From the NCBI GenBank assembly GCA_963782055.1, contig CAWAIF010000003.1, positions 4,608,001-4,672,000 on the forward strand: a stretch of DNA of 64,000 bases. The letters run 5' to 3'. This DNA comes from an uncultured delta proteobacterium (lineage in GTDB: Bacteria; Myxococcota_A; Polyangia; Polyangiales; Polyangiaceae). The notes beneath the pieces were generated by a model. That model saw only the letters and a program-made list of their open reading frames with translations, was not told the origin of the DNA and ran no database searches. Shown here piece after piece: positions 10,088 to 20,144 of this stretch (position 1 is the first letter of the stretch; every line of letters starts with the position of its first letter). Both the position numbers and the translations under genes were made by a program.

Positions 10088-10632
10088 GCTGCTGGCCGCG
10101 GCGGCGGCCGGGGCGGCGGCGATGGCCGGCGAGGCGCGCCTGCGCGCGTGCGTGCGCGAGCACCTCGGCCTCGTCTGGCGCATGCTCCGGCGGCAGGGCC
10201 TCGGCGGCGCCGACGCCGACGACGCCGCCCAGCGCGTCTTTCTGGTGCTGTCGCGCCGCATGCACGACGTGGAGCCGGGACGTGAGCGCGCCTTCCTGCT
10301 CCGGACTGCCGTCCACGTCGCCTCCGAGACGCGGCGCGCCGCGCGGCGGCGGCGCGAGGTGGACGATCCGGCGCCGGAGCTGCGCGAGGCCGCCGCCGCG
10401 AGACCCGACGCGGCGCTGGAGCGGCGCCAGGCGCTGGAGCGGCTGGACGCCATCCTCGCCGGGATGGAGGAGCCGCTGCGCGCGGTCTTCGTCCTGTACG
10501 AGATTCGAGGAGATGACGATGGCGAGCATCGCGGAGGCGCTGGGCGTGCCTCCGGGCACGGTGGCCTCGCGCCTGCGGCGCGCGCGCGAGCACTTCCAGG
10601 CGGCGTGCGCGCAGGGACAGAGCGAGCGATGA
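10065..10632 (+). CDS. ECF sigma-70 factor (cassette 1); +1 frameshift at ~10505
   Basis: Region 2 VWRMLRRQG..ADDAAQRVFL; region 4 (EEMTMASIAEALGVPPGTVASRLRRAR) lies in the next frame; start may be 10065 or 10122. Confidence 0.88.
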
Positions 10633-11372
10633 ACGAGCCGAAGCGACTCCTCGAGGGCGCGCTCGACCCGCGCGCGCGATCGCTGCTCGCGGCGGCGAAG
10701 GGAGAGAGGCCGGACGCGCGCGCCCACGCGGCGGTGCTGGGGGCGCTCGGCCTGCGGCCGGCCGGCCTCGCGCTTCTGGTGGCGACGCTCCGCCGCCCTG
10801 TCGCGCTGGCCGCGCGCGCGCTCGCCTCGAAGGCGACGATCGCCGCCGTGGCCGCCGCCGTGGCCGTGACCGCCGGCTACGCCGCGCACGACAGACTGGG
10901 GCGTCCTCCCGCGGCGATCGACGCGCCAGCCGCCGTCGTCACCGCGAGGGCGACGCGCCCTGCGGCGCCGCCGCGCCCGCCCGTGCCGGCGGCAGCGCCC
11001 GCCGCCTCCGCGAGCGCCCCGACCACCGCGAGCGCGCGGACGGCGCCCGCCGCACCGCGCGCGCACGCGAGGCGCGTGGCTCACGCGCCGCGGCCGCACC
11101 TCGCCTCCTCCGCGCCCGACGCGCTCGCCGCGGAGATCGCGCTGCTGCGACGGGCGCACCGGGCGGTGGACGCGGGCGACGGCCGCCGCGCCCTGGCGCT
11201 CCTGGACGAGCACGACGCTGCGTTCCCGCGCGGGCGACTGGCCGAGGAGGCGCTGGGGCTCCGCGTCCGCGCGCTCCGCCTGACCGGCGACACCGGCGCC
11301 GCGCGGGCCGCGCTGGACGCCCTGCGCACGCGCCACCCCTCGAGCGTCCTGCTCCCCGCGCTGGAGCGCTGA
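10629..11372 (+). CDS. Putative membrane anti-sigma factor with C-terminal TPR-like domain (cassette 1)
   Basis: ATGA overlap with sigma stop; TM segment, Pro/Ala linker, LAAEIALL..GDGRRALALLDEHDAAFPRGRLAEEA; paralog of 28140..28898. Confidence 0.75.
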   Translation: MNEPKRLLEGALDPRARSLLAAAKGERPDARAHAAVLGALGLRPAGLALLVATLRRPVALAARALASKATIAAVAAAVAVTAGYAAHDRLGRPPAAIDAPAAVVTARATRPAAPPRPPVPAAAPAASASAPTTASARTAPAAPRAHARRVAHAPRPHLASSAPDALAAEIALLRRAHRAVDAGDGRRALALLDEHDAAFPRGRLAEEALGLRVRALRLTGDTGAARAALDALRTRHPSSVLLPALER

Positions 11373-11395
11373 GGATCACGTCAGGCGGTGGCCTC

Positions 11396-12586
11396 TCAGG
11401 GCTTCTTCACCTTGAGGATGCGCCCGTCCACCGAGTTGGACCCCGCGGTGCCCTCCTCCACCCAGTAGACGTAGTCCGCGTCCACCGCCACGCCGTACGG
11501 TGCGTTCGCGCCCGTGGCGACGACGATCGGCCCGCCCGCGCAGCTCGGCAGCGCGCAGGCGAGCACCTGACCCTGCCCCGCCACGCTGCCGGCCAGCGCG
11601 CTGAAGTACACGTTCGTGTCGTCCACCGCCAGGTACTCCGGATCGGCCTGGCCCGTCACGACCACCTGCGGCTTGCCGGAGCAGCCCGCCGACCCGCACC
11701 GCAGCACCGAGCCCGCGGCGGTATCTGTAAAGTACACGTATCCGTTGTTGACCACGATGTCCGTCGGCCCGCTGAGGCCCGTCGCGAAGGGCTGCGGCCC
11801 ACCCGCGCAGTCCGGCAGGGGGCACGAGTAGACCGCCTTGCCGGCGTAGCTGGTCCAGTAGAGCGTCGTCGCGTTCACGGCGAGAGAGAGCGGCGACGCC
11901 CCGGTCTGCGTGGCGATGGGGAGCGGCCCGCCGGTGGTGGTGCACGCCGCGACGTAGCACCCGGCCGTCGAGGAGCACTTGAGGATGGAGTCGGTCCACG
12001 CGTCGGTGGTGCAGGCGCTCGCGTTGTTTGGCGAAGAGGTGGCGACGTACAAGAAGCCGTTGCTCACCGCGATGCCGCTGGGCGAGGGAATGTCCCGCGC
12101 CAGGATGTACGACTGCCCGCCGGTCTTGAAGACGCTGTCGAAGGAGCCGAGGACATCGGAGTCGTTGGTCCAGTACAGGCGCGTCCCGTCGGTCGTCAGC
12201 CGCTCGGGGAAGACCTGCGCGCCGGCGACGACCGTCCGGCCGCTGCCGTCCACCTTGCTCATCGACTCCACGCTGATGCTCCCGTGGTCGGCGAAGTAGA
12301 CGTTCTGGTCGTCGACCAGGATGGCGCGCGGGCCCGGCACGCCGGAGGCGAGCACGGTGGGGGTGCACGCGCCGGACTCGCAGGTCGTCTCGCAGGTGCG
12401 CCCGCAGTCGCCGCAGTTTCCGGGATCGCTGGAGACATCGACGCACTTGCCCCCGCACACCTTGCCGCAGGCGTCGGCGTCCCCATCGGCCCCGCCGTCC
12501 CCTCCGCCCGCGAGGAGGGAGGAGTCGTAGACCGAGCACCCGAAGCAGAAGCACGAGAACGCGAGCATCGCCGCGCGAAGCGACAT
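11396..12586 (-). CDS. Secreted Cys-rich lipoprotein with beta-propeller repeats
   Basis: Lipobox FGC, DAG linker, CVDVSSDPGNCGDCG motif, repeated (I/L)AVD..(N/Y)VY(F/W) blades. Confidence 0.8.
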   Translation of the reverse strand: MSLRAAMLAFSCFCFGCSVYDSSLLAGGGDGGADGDADACGKVCGGKCVDVSSDPGNCGDCGRTCETTCESGACTPTVLASGVPGPRAILVDDQNVYFADHGSISVESMSKVDGSGRTVVAGAQVFPERLTTDGTRLYWTNDSDVLGSFDSVFKTGGQSYILARDIPSPSGIAVSNGFLYVATSSPNNASACTTDAWTDSILKCSSTAGCYVAACTTTGGPLPIATQTGASPLSLAVNATTLYWTSYAGKAVYSCPLPDCAGGPQPFATGLSGPTDIVVNNGYVYFTDTAAGSVLRCGSAGCSGKPQVVVTGQADPEYLAVDDTNVYFSALAGSVAGQGQVLACALPSCAGGPIVVATGANAPYGVAVDADYVYWVEEGTAGSNSVDGRILKVKKP

Positions 12587-12667
12587 CCTCACAGATCTAC
12601 CACGACCGGGGACCGCCCGGGTGCGCGGGCGCCGGCGGCCCTGACGGCGTAAGACGTGGGATAGAGC

Positions 12668-14152
12668 ATGGAAGGAGCCCAAGGTAGCGCCTGCGCAGGC
12701 GGTCTGACGGGCGTGCGGACGCTCGGGATGCTCGCGCTCACGGCCGCGGTGTGCTTCGCGCCCGCCTGCGCCGCGCGGCGCTCGCTGCCCACGCACACGG
12801 CGACCATCTCCGCCGAGGCCCTCCGGCTGGGGCGCACCATGCGGGCCTTCCGCAACGCCGAGCCCATCTTCCTCGAGCAGCTCGGGTGGGACGCCCGCCT
12901 GCTCGAGCGCACCACCGCCAAGCCCACACCCGCCGAGCTGGCCTCGGCGGAGGTCGGCGGCCACCTCTCCAGCGCGCGCCGCGGGTGGGTCCGCCGCAAG
13001 TTCGAGGACCCCTTCCTCTTCACCGACCGCCAGGTCTCTCTCCACCGCGTGCGCGACGTGGTGGACTCGGTGGAGCTGCTCGAGGACTCCGCGCTCCGCC
13101 GCGACGTGCTCGCCGGCGGCGGCCTGCTCTCCAAGGATCCGGAGATCGCCTCGCTCACCCTGGATCAGCACCTGCTCTGGCGCATGCTGCAGGAGGAGAG
13201 CACCCGACTGGAGCGCGAGCGCGACCTCCCGCGCGGCGCGGCCGCGCTGGTGCGCGCGTGCGTCGTCGAGTGGCCGCTCGATGCCACGCCGGCCGATCGC
13301 GCGGCGATGGACGCCACGCTCGCGTGGCGGCTGGGTCAGGTCTCCGACTCGCTCGCGCCCAACGCGCTGTCGGAGGCGGAGCGCGAGGATCTGCAGGAGG
13401 CGCTCGCGAGTCTTCACGTCCTGGTCCGCGACCGCGGCGACATGCCGAAGGCAAGCGCGGCGATGGGCCACCTCGAGGAGCGCCTGGTGGCGATGTGGGC
13501 CGCGCCTTACTCGCTCGACGACGAGGAGGCGGTGGAGGCCTCGCTGCGGAAGTTCCTCGGGCTCACCATCCCCTTCGACAGACTGGACGATGCGCTCGCG
13601 CGCGCCGACGCCGCCCTGCGCGGCCAGGTGCAGGCGGGCCTCTCGGTGCTCGGCGCCCGGTACCAGGTGCGCGTCCGGCGTCGCGCGCGCGCCATCCTGC
13701 TCGGTGCGTCGCCGTGCCGGCCGCGCGCGCCTCTGGAGACCACCCGCGACATGGCGCCGCCACCGGAGCGCGCGTGGGCGTGCTCGCTCGTCCGCGCGCT
13801 CGACCTGGCGCACAGCGACGAGCAGGAGCTCGCCGCGCTGCTCGCCCTGCACGACGGCGTGGTGGTCGCGCGGTGGAGCGTCTCGCTGCACGGCGCGGTG
13901 CGCGAGCCCTCCGCCGCGCTCCGGCGAGCCCACACCATCCTCTCGCTCACGCGGCCGCAGCAACACCTGCTGCTGGCGATGGCCGGGGCGCGTCCGGAGC
14001 GGGCGATCGCCGCGGGCCTCGCCGCGCGCGTCGTCCTGCGCGACGGCCCGGCGAACGCGCGGGCGCGAGTGCGCGCGTGGCGCATCTTCGGCGAGGCCCC
14101 TTACGACGCCGTGGAGGCGGCGCTGCTGCTGCAGCGCGCGCGGGGCGGCTGA
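12668..14152 (+). CDS. Hypothetical helical lipoprotein
   Basis: Long ORF with host-like codon use, hydrophobic N-terminus with APAC; start uncertain. Confidence 0.65.
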   Translation: MEGAQGSACAGGLTGVRTLGMLALTAAVCFAPACAARRSLPTHTATISAEALRLGRTMRAFRNAEPIFLEQLGWDARLLERTTAKPTPAELASAEVGGHLSSARRGWVRRKFEDPFLFTDRQVSLHRVRDVVDSVELLEDSALRRDVLAGGGLLSKDPEIASLTLDQHLLWRMLQEESTRLERERDLPRGAAALVRACVVEWPLDATPADRAAMDATLAWRLGQVSDSLAPNALSEAEREDLQEALASLHVLVRDRGDMPKASAAMGHLEERLVAMWAAPYSLDDEEAVEASLRKFLGLTIPFDRLDDALARADAALRGQVQAGLSVLGARYQVRVRRRARAILLGASPCRPRAPLETTRDMAPPPERAWACSLVRALDLAHSDEQELAALLALHDGVVVARWSVSLHGAVREPSAALRRAHTILSLTRPQQHLLLAMAGARPERAIAAGLAARVVLRDGPANARARVRAWRIFGEAPYDAVEAALLLQRARGG

Positions 14153-14285
14153 GCGCGCGCGCTGCGGGATCGCCAGATGTGTCGCCCTGTGCCGCGCCGG
14201 ATCGCCGATGCGCTCCGAGCCGCTCCACGCGCCGGCCATTACGCAGTAACTCGCCTGGCTTGCAACTTGCTACTGACGCAACCTC

Positions 14286-16260
14286 ATGAGACCGGTCGGC
14301 TGGCTGGTGCTGACGGGTCTCACGGCCCTCGCGGCGCTGGACGCGCTGGGCATCGCCGTCCGCGCGCGGCCCGCCGGGCGCGCCGAGCTCGGGGTCATCG
14401 CGTCCGCCGTCTTCTTCGCCTTCCTCTCCCTCCCCGTGCTGGCCCTGGGCTACGCCGGCTGGCTCACACCTCTCCGGCTCGGCGGCGTCTCGCTCACGGT
14501 CTTCGCCGCCGCCTTCGCGTTACTCGCGCGGCGCGCGGGCGTGCGCGCGCTCCTGGTGGAGTCTCGCCGCGCCGCCGCGGGCCTGGCGCGCATGCCCCTG
14601 GACGCGCTGCGAGAGGCGGCGCGGGCTCGCAGCGTGGTGCTGCTGGGGCTCCTCGGCGCGGGCGGGGTCGTGCTCGCGGCGCTCGTGCTCACCGTCTTCG
14701 TCCCCAACGGGGCCTGGGACGGCTTCCTCTACCACGAGCCCATCATCGGCTTCGCCATCCAGAACCACGGCTTCGCCGTCGTCCCCCTCCAGTTGCACCA
14801 GACGGCCCAGGCCATCAACGGCTACCCGCACCTCTGCGAGTCGGTGGGCATCTGGTTCGTCATCTTCACCGACAAGACGCTCATCGAGCTCCCCAACACC
14901 CTCGCGGCCCCGGCGATGATGCTGGCGGCGTACGTGCTCGTGCGCCGCTTCGGCGACCGCGTGACCTCGATGGGCTGGGCGTGCGTGCTCCTGCTCGTGC
15001 CGCAAGCGTGGACGCAGCTCTGCCAGACCTACATCGACGTCGAGGTGGCCTTCTTCGCGCTCGCCGCCCTCGCCTTCGTGACGCGGCCGGCGTATCGCCT
15101 CCGCGACGCGGTGCTCGCCACCCTCGCGCTGGTGCTCTTCGCCGGATTCGAAGAGCTCGGCGCTGGCCACCGTGCCACTGCTCGCTCTGCTCGCGTACGG
15201 GCGCCTCGTCGCCGGGCACCGCCGCCGGCGGCTGGCCACGCTCGCCGTCGTGCTCTGCGGCGGCGCGGTCCTCGCCGCGGTGGGGCTGGTCACGCCGGTG
15301 CGTAACTGGATCGCCTTCCACGACCCGCTCTGGCCCGTCTCCTTCGACAGCGCGCGGCTGGGCCTCCACTTCAAGGGGCTCATCTCGCTGAAGGACGTGA
15401 CCTCCGATGGTCCCTTCGGCGATGCGTACGGCGTGCCGCAGGGCGGCACCGATGACGTGCTGGCCCACGGATACGGCTACGCGGTGGCGTGGGTGGTCGT
15501 GCCGCTCGGCCTGCTGGCCATGGGCCTCGGCGTCCTCGTCCGCGGCCGCGACCTGCTGCGCCGGAGGGGGCGCTCCGGACCGGCGGGCCTGGGGCTCGTG
15601 CTGCTCGCCGTCGTCCTCTGCATGCTCACCGCGCCCACCTTCAGCAGCCGCAGCGCCCGCTACGATCTGCACATCGTGGCCGGGCTGATGGCGCTGGGCA
15701 CGTGGCTGCTCGCGCGGCCGCGGTGGGCGCGCGCACGGGAGGGCCTGCTCGCCGCCGCGATCGTGCTCTCCTTGATCCCGCTGCGCTGGATGAAGGGCTG
15801 GTGCTGGTACTGGGTGTCGACCAAGCACCTGGAGGACGTGGCGCGCCACCCGCTCGCCTCGCGCAAGGTCCTCGCCAGACCGGAGTTCGACCTGCTCGGG
15901 CGGCAGCGAGAGGAGGAGCTGCACCGCGGAGATCTGGTCGTCTTCGACGACGACGTGGACTTCATCGGCGCCCTCTGGAACTTCGAGATGTCCAACCGGC
16001 TCGAGTACGTGCACTACACCAGCAAGGGAGCGTTCCTCGCGACCGTGAGGCGCCTCCACCCGACGTGGGTGGTCGTGGGCGCCGACAGCGACGCGCGCAA
16101 GGCGCTGGAGGGCAGTCCGCACTGGGCGCTCGTCGGCACCGTGACGCCCGACACCGACGCCGCCTTCCGCCGCAGCTCCGCCGCGCCCGCGATCGCTACC
16201 GCTCCAGCTTCCGCACGCCTCCCGGCCCCGCGACGAGCACGACGCTCGCCCGCCCGATGA
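14286..16260 (+). CDS. Polytopic membrane protein, GT-C-fold glycosyltransferase-like; +1 frameshift at ~15148
   Basis: Many TM helices, WDGFLYHEP, NGYP, YIDV motifs; two ORF halves join as AGSKSSALATVP if one T is removed. Confidence 0.7.
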
Positions 16261-16870
16261 AGAGCCCCACCTCCACGACACCGGGGATGGCGTCCATGGC
16301 GAGCTCCACCTTCGCGGGGTCGTCCATCGGCCCCGTCTTCACGTCAAGGATGGTGTTGCCCGCGTCGGTGACGAAGGTCTTGCCGTCCTTCTGCCGCAGC
16401 GTGACCGGGCCGAAGGCCTCCAGCTGGCGGCGCGTCTCGGCGAAGCCGAAGTGAAGCACCTCGACCGGGACGGCCCACTTCTCCCCCAGGCGCTTCGAGA
16501 GCTTGCTCTCGTCGACGATGACGACGTTGCGCCGCGACGCCTGGTTGACAATCTTCTCCCGCGTCAGCGCGCCGCCGCCGCCCTTGATCAGGTTGAGGTG
16601 CTCGTCCACCTCGTCGGCGCCGTCCACGCACACGACGAGGTCCCAGGGCTCCTCGTCGCCGAGCAACGGGATCCCCAGCGCCTCCGCCTGCGCCCGCGTC
16701 CCGCGAGACGTGGGTACGCCGCGGTACGTCGCGCCGGCCTTCACCCGCGCCCCGACCTCGTCGACGAAGAGCTTGGCCGTGGACCCGGAGCCGAGCCCCA
16801 GGGTGCCCGACGCGGGGAGCTCGGCGATGGCGGCCTTCGCGGCGAGGAGCTTGGCTTCGTTCTGGTCCAT
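16196..16870 (-). CDS. rpiA: Ribose-5-phosphate isomerase A
   Basis: LGLGSGST, VDGADEVD, LIKGGGGALTREKIV, PVEV, IPGVVEVGLF. Confidence 0.97.
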   Translation of the reverse strand: MDQNEAKLLAAKAAIAELPASGTLGLGSGSTAKLFVDEVGARVKAGATYRGVPTSRGTRAQAEALGIPLLGDEEPWDLVVCVDGADEVDEHLNLIKGGGGALTREKIVNQASRRNVVIVDESKLSKRLGEKWAVPVEVLHFGFAETRRQLEAFGPVTLRQKDGKTFVTDAGNTILDVKTGPMDDPAKVELAMDAIPGVVEVGLFIGRASVVLVAGPGGVRKLER

Positions 16871-17052
16871 GGCCGGACATGGAAGCATGGTTTGGCCCTC
16901 CACGTGGAGCCCTGGCCGGCGAGTACGGCCATCTGCGGCCTCCGATGCCAGGCTGCCCTCGGGCGTCGGAAGGGACCTCGCCCTCGTGCACGCCGCAGAC
17001 ACGTCCGGCGAGCCGGAGCGGCGACGCGCGCGGCGAAAACGGAAGATCCCTC

Positions 17053-17601
17053 CTACGTCGTCTCGGGTGAGCGATTCGGCGCGACAGCCGGGGACGCATC
17101 GATCGGGGCGTCGTTGCAGACGATGCACCCCGTGTCGTGCAGGTAGACCCGGTGCACGTGGCACACGCCGTGTTCCGGCAGGTCACGTGGAGCCCGTGAG
17201 CCCTCCGGCGCTCGGCCGACCGCGTCAGCCGGGAACGCTTCGACGAGGCGGCGAAGCTGCTCGAGCGCGGCGAACAGACTCTCCTCGCGCGGTGCGAACG
17301 GGAGACGATCCCACCCGTGGCGTCGCAGCGCGGCGTCGATGATGGCCATGACGAACCGCCGCTCCACTTCGATCTCGTCCGCGGTCCACCCCATCTCTTC
17401 GAGGTCGAAGCCGACGCAGCCGAGCCCGGTCCTGGATTGGTCGTGTTCGACCAGCCAGGACACGAACGCCCTCTCCCATGGCGTCGTCGCAAGGTCGCTT
17501 CCTGCGATCGCGAGCACGTCGAGCAGCACGGACGTGAGCCCGTTGCTCATCTGAACCACTGTCGATCCGGCTTGCCGGACGCTGGTGATGGCGTTTGCCA
17601 C
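17053..17601 (-). CDS. Hypothetical protein with C-terminal CxxH..HxxGCxxC motif
   Basis: MSNGLTSVLLDVLAIAG..HDQ..GCVGFDL..GW; ends CHVHRVYLHDTGCIVCND; GTG start inferred. Confidence 0.65.
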   Translation of the reverse strand: MANAITSVRQAGSTVVQMSNGLTSVLLDVLAIAGSDLATTPWERAFVSWLVEHDQSRTGLGCVGFDLEEMGWTADEIEVERRFVMAIIDAALRRHGWDRLPFAPREESLFAALEQLRRLVEAFPADAVGRAPEGSRAPRDLPEHGVCHVHRVYLHDTGCIVCNDAPIDASPAVAPNRSPETT

Positions 17602-17926
17602 GAGCCTGTGACCTCTCAAGCACGCAACGGCTGGTACTCGCCGTGCCGGCCCAGCTCCCACCATGAGTCGTCGGCCGCCCGGATGATACCGCCGAACCTG
17701 GCGCCCAGCCAGCGGGCGACCTCGGACGCCAGCACCGGCGCCATCTGCCGCCGCTCGACGTGCGCTCCTCTCGAGCAGGATGGGAAGGGTAGCGCGATCG
17801 GGCGGGGGAAAGTCCATGGATCGCCCCCACACGGAGGCGTGCCGTCCGCTCGCGCGCAAGACGCGGGGCTACCTGGCGATGCCCACGCCGTTGCGCGTCC
17901 GCTGAAGCGCGAGGTGAGCCAGGTGT

Positions 17927-17942
17927 TGGCGCCGACTTTGCA
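17927..17942 (+). promoter_or_regulatory. Putative sigma54 promoter
   Basis: TGGCGCCGACTTTGCA (GG-N10-GC, TTGCA) upstream of the DUF3237/NMO operon. Confidence 0.6.
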
Positions 17943-18027
17943 CGCCGCATTCGTTCGCCATGGGGTCGTGGGTCACTTGCCGACCTCGGGCACGCGGTCC
18001 AAATACGAAGCTCGAAGGGAGCCACCC

Positions 18028-18477
18028 ATGGACTCGCGCTTGTTGATGACGCTTCAGGTTGCGGTCGGGAGCGCGCAGAAGGTCGGCGCGGTGCCGTGCG
18101 GCACGCGCGTGATCGCGCCGATCGCGAGCGGGCACTTCGAGGGACCCCGGCTGCGCGGAAGGGTGCTGCCCGGCGGAAGCGACTGGACGCTGCTCCGAGC
18201 GGACGGCGTCCTCGAGCTCGACCTCCGCATCACCCTCGAGACCGACGACGGCGCGCTCATCTCGATGGCGTCCTTCGGGCTTCGCCACGGACCGCCTGAC
18301 GTGATCGCGGCGCTCGCGCGGGGCGAGCCCGTCGACCCGGCGAGCTACTACTTCCGGACGACGCCGCGCTTCGCGACGGGGCACGTGAAGTACGCCTTCC
18401 TGAATCGCCTGCTCGCCGTGTCGAGCGGCGATCGGCGCGCCGAAGGGCCCATCTACACCATCGACGAGCTTCGATGA
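18028..18477 (+). CDS. DUF3237 family protein
   Basis: GHFEGPRLRGRVLPGGSDW..LDLRITLETDDGALI..YYFRTTPRF..YAFLN. Confidence 0.88.
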   Translation: MDSRLLMTLQVAVGSAQKVGAVPCGTRVIAPIASGHFEGPRLRGRVLPGGSDWTLLRADGVLELDLRITLETDDGALISMASFGLRHGPPDVIAALARGEPVDPASYYFRTTPRFATGHVKYAFLNRLLAVSSGDRRAEGPIYTIDELR

Positions 18478-18527
18478 GGCGGAGCGCGCCCGCGCCGACG
18501 CTGCACTCTCCAGAGAGGACAACCTCG

Positions 18528-18940
18528 ATGCAATCACGACCTTTGATGACGCTCCGCCTGACGACGGCCCCCACCCAGGACCTCGGCGCCGCGCCCGACG
18601 GCGCGCACGTCATCTTTCCCATCACCGGAGGCTCGTTCGAAGGCGATCGAATGCGCGGCAAGGTGCTGCCGAGCGGGGACGACTGGACGGTCAAGCGCGC
18701 CGACGGCATCGTCGAGCTCGACATGCGCGTCACGCTGGCGACCGACGATGGCGCCCTCGTCTACAATGGCGCTCTCGGGCATCCGTCACGACGCCGCACC
18801 GGGAGCTCCCTACTTTCGAACTCTGCCGCCCTTCGAGACGGCCGCGCCGAGATACGCCTTCTTGAACCGACTGCTCGCCGTCGCGACCGGGAGAGATTCG
18901 CGCCGACGGACCGGTTCACGTGATCGAGGAGCTCCTGTGA
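18528..18940 (+). pseudogene. Second DUF3237 paralog with two apparent +1 frameshifts (~18765, ~18895)
   Basis: GSFEGDRMRGKVLPSGDDW..LATDDGALVY, then YFRTLPPFETAAPRYAFLNRLL, then DGPVHVIEELL* in successive frames; stop overlaps the next GTG (GTGA), so it may be intact in vivo. Confidence 0.75.
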
Positions 18941-20001
18941 TCTCCGCGACGCGACTGCTCGAGCGCCTGGAGATCGACGCGCCCATCATCCAGGCGCCGA
19001 TGGCCGGGGTCTCGACGCCCGAACTGGCGGCGGCGGTCTCGAACGCGGGCGCGCTCGGGTCCATCGGCGTCGGCGCGACGGATGCGGCGGGCGCGCGGAA
19101 GATGATCGCGGCGTTTCGCGCGCTCTCGAGCCGCTCGCTGAACGTGAACGTCTTTTGCCACGCGCCCGCCCGCCCCGACGCCACGCGCGAATCGCGCTGG
19201 CTCGAGCTCCTCGGCCCGGAGTTCGCGCGCGTCGGGGCGACGCCCCCCGAAACGCTGAAGGAGATCTACCGCAGCTTCGTGGAGGACGACACCATGCTCG
19301 CGATGCTCCTCGCCGAGCGGCCGAAGGTCGTGAGCTTCCACTTCGGCCTCCCGTCGCGCGAGCGGATCGCGGCGCTGCGCGAGGCGGGAATCGTCTTGCT
19401 CGCCACCGCGACGAACGTCGACGAGGCGCGCGCGGTCGCGGCGACCGGCGTGGACGCGGTGGTCGCCCAGGGATACGAGGCCGGCGGACACCGCGGGGTC
19501 TTCGATCCGCGCGCCGACGACGACAGGCTCGGCACATTCGCGCTCACGCGGCTCCTCGCTCGCGAGACGGAGCTGCCCGTCGTCGCCGCGGGCGGGATCA
19601 TGGACGGCGCGGGCATCGCGGCGGCGCTCCGGCTCGGCGCGAGCGCGGCGCAGCTCGGCACGGCGTTCGTCGCGTGCGACGAGGCGTCGATCGACGCCGG
19701 GTACCGCGCGGCCCTGGAGAGCGAGGCCGCGCACCACACCGTGATGACGCGCGCCATCTCCGGTCGTCCGGCGCGGAGCCTGGCGAATCGCTTCACCGCG
19801 CTCGGCCGGCGGGTCGCGCCGAGCGACGTGCCCGACTACCCCATCGCCTACGACGCCGGAAAGGCCCTGCACGCAGCCGGCAAGGCGAAGGGCGAGTTCG
19901 GCTTCGGGGCGCAGTGGGCCGGCCAGGGCGCGCCGCTCTCTCGACCCATGCCCGCCAAGGAGCTCGTCGCGTGCCTGCGACGCGAGCTCCGAGACGCGTA
20001 G
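18937..20001 (+). CDS. Nitronate monooxygenase family flavoprotein
   Basis: PIIQAPMAG, VSNAGALGSIG, VSFHFGLP, QGYEAGGHRG, AAGGIMDG, AQWAGQG. Confidence 0.93.
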   Translation: MISATRLLERLEIDAPIIQAPMAGVSTPELAAAVSNAGALGSIGVGATDAAGARKMIAAFRALSSRSLNVNVFCHAPARPDATRESRWLELLGPEFARVGATPPETLKEIYRSFVEDDTMLAMLLAERPKVVSFHFGLPSRERIAALREAGIVLLATATNVDEARAVAATGVDAVVAQGYEAGGHRGVFDPRADDDRLGTFALTRLLARETELPVVAAGGIMDGAGIAAALRLGASAAQLGTAFVACDEASIDAGYRAALESEAAHHTVMTRAISGRPARSLANRFTALGRRVAPSDVPDYPIAYDAGKALHAAGKAKGEFGFGAQWAGQGAPLSRPMPAKELVACLRRELRDA

Positions 20002-20144
20002 GGCGTGCCGCTCGCGAATCCGTCCATCGAAGTCGACGCGTCGGTCGATGCTCCTACAGACCGTGGCGTGGGCCTCGACAGGTCAGAGTCTCCGCTGGCG
20101 GGTGCGGCGGTAGAGGCCCCGCCATCGCGTCTGCCCGCACCGCC

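Noticed and set aside
10065..11372. Apparent sigma-antisigma fusion ORF
   Set aside because: Produced by the +1 frameshift; the paralogous cassette has two separate ATGA-coupled genes
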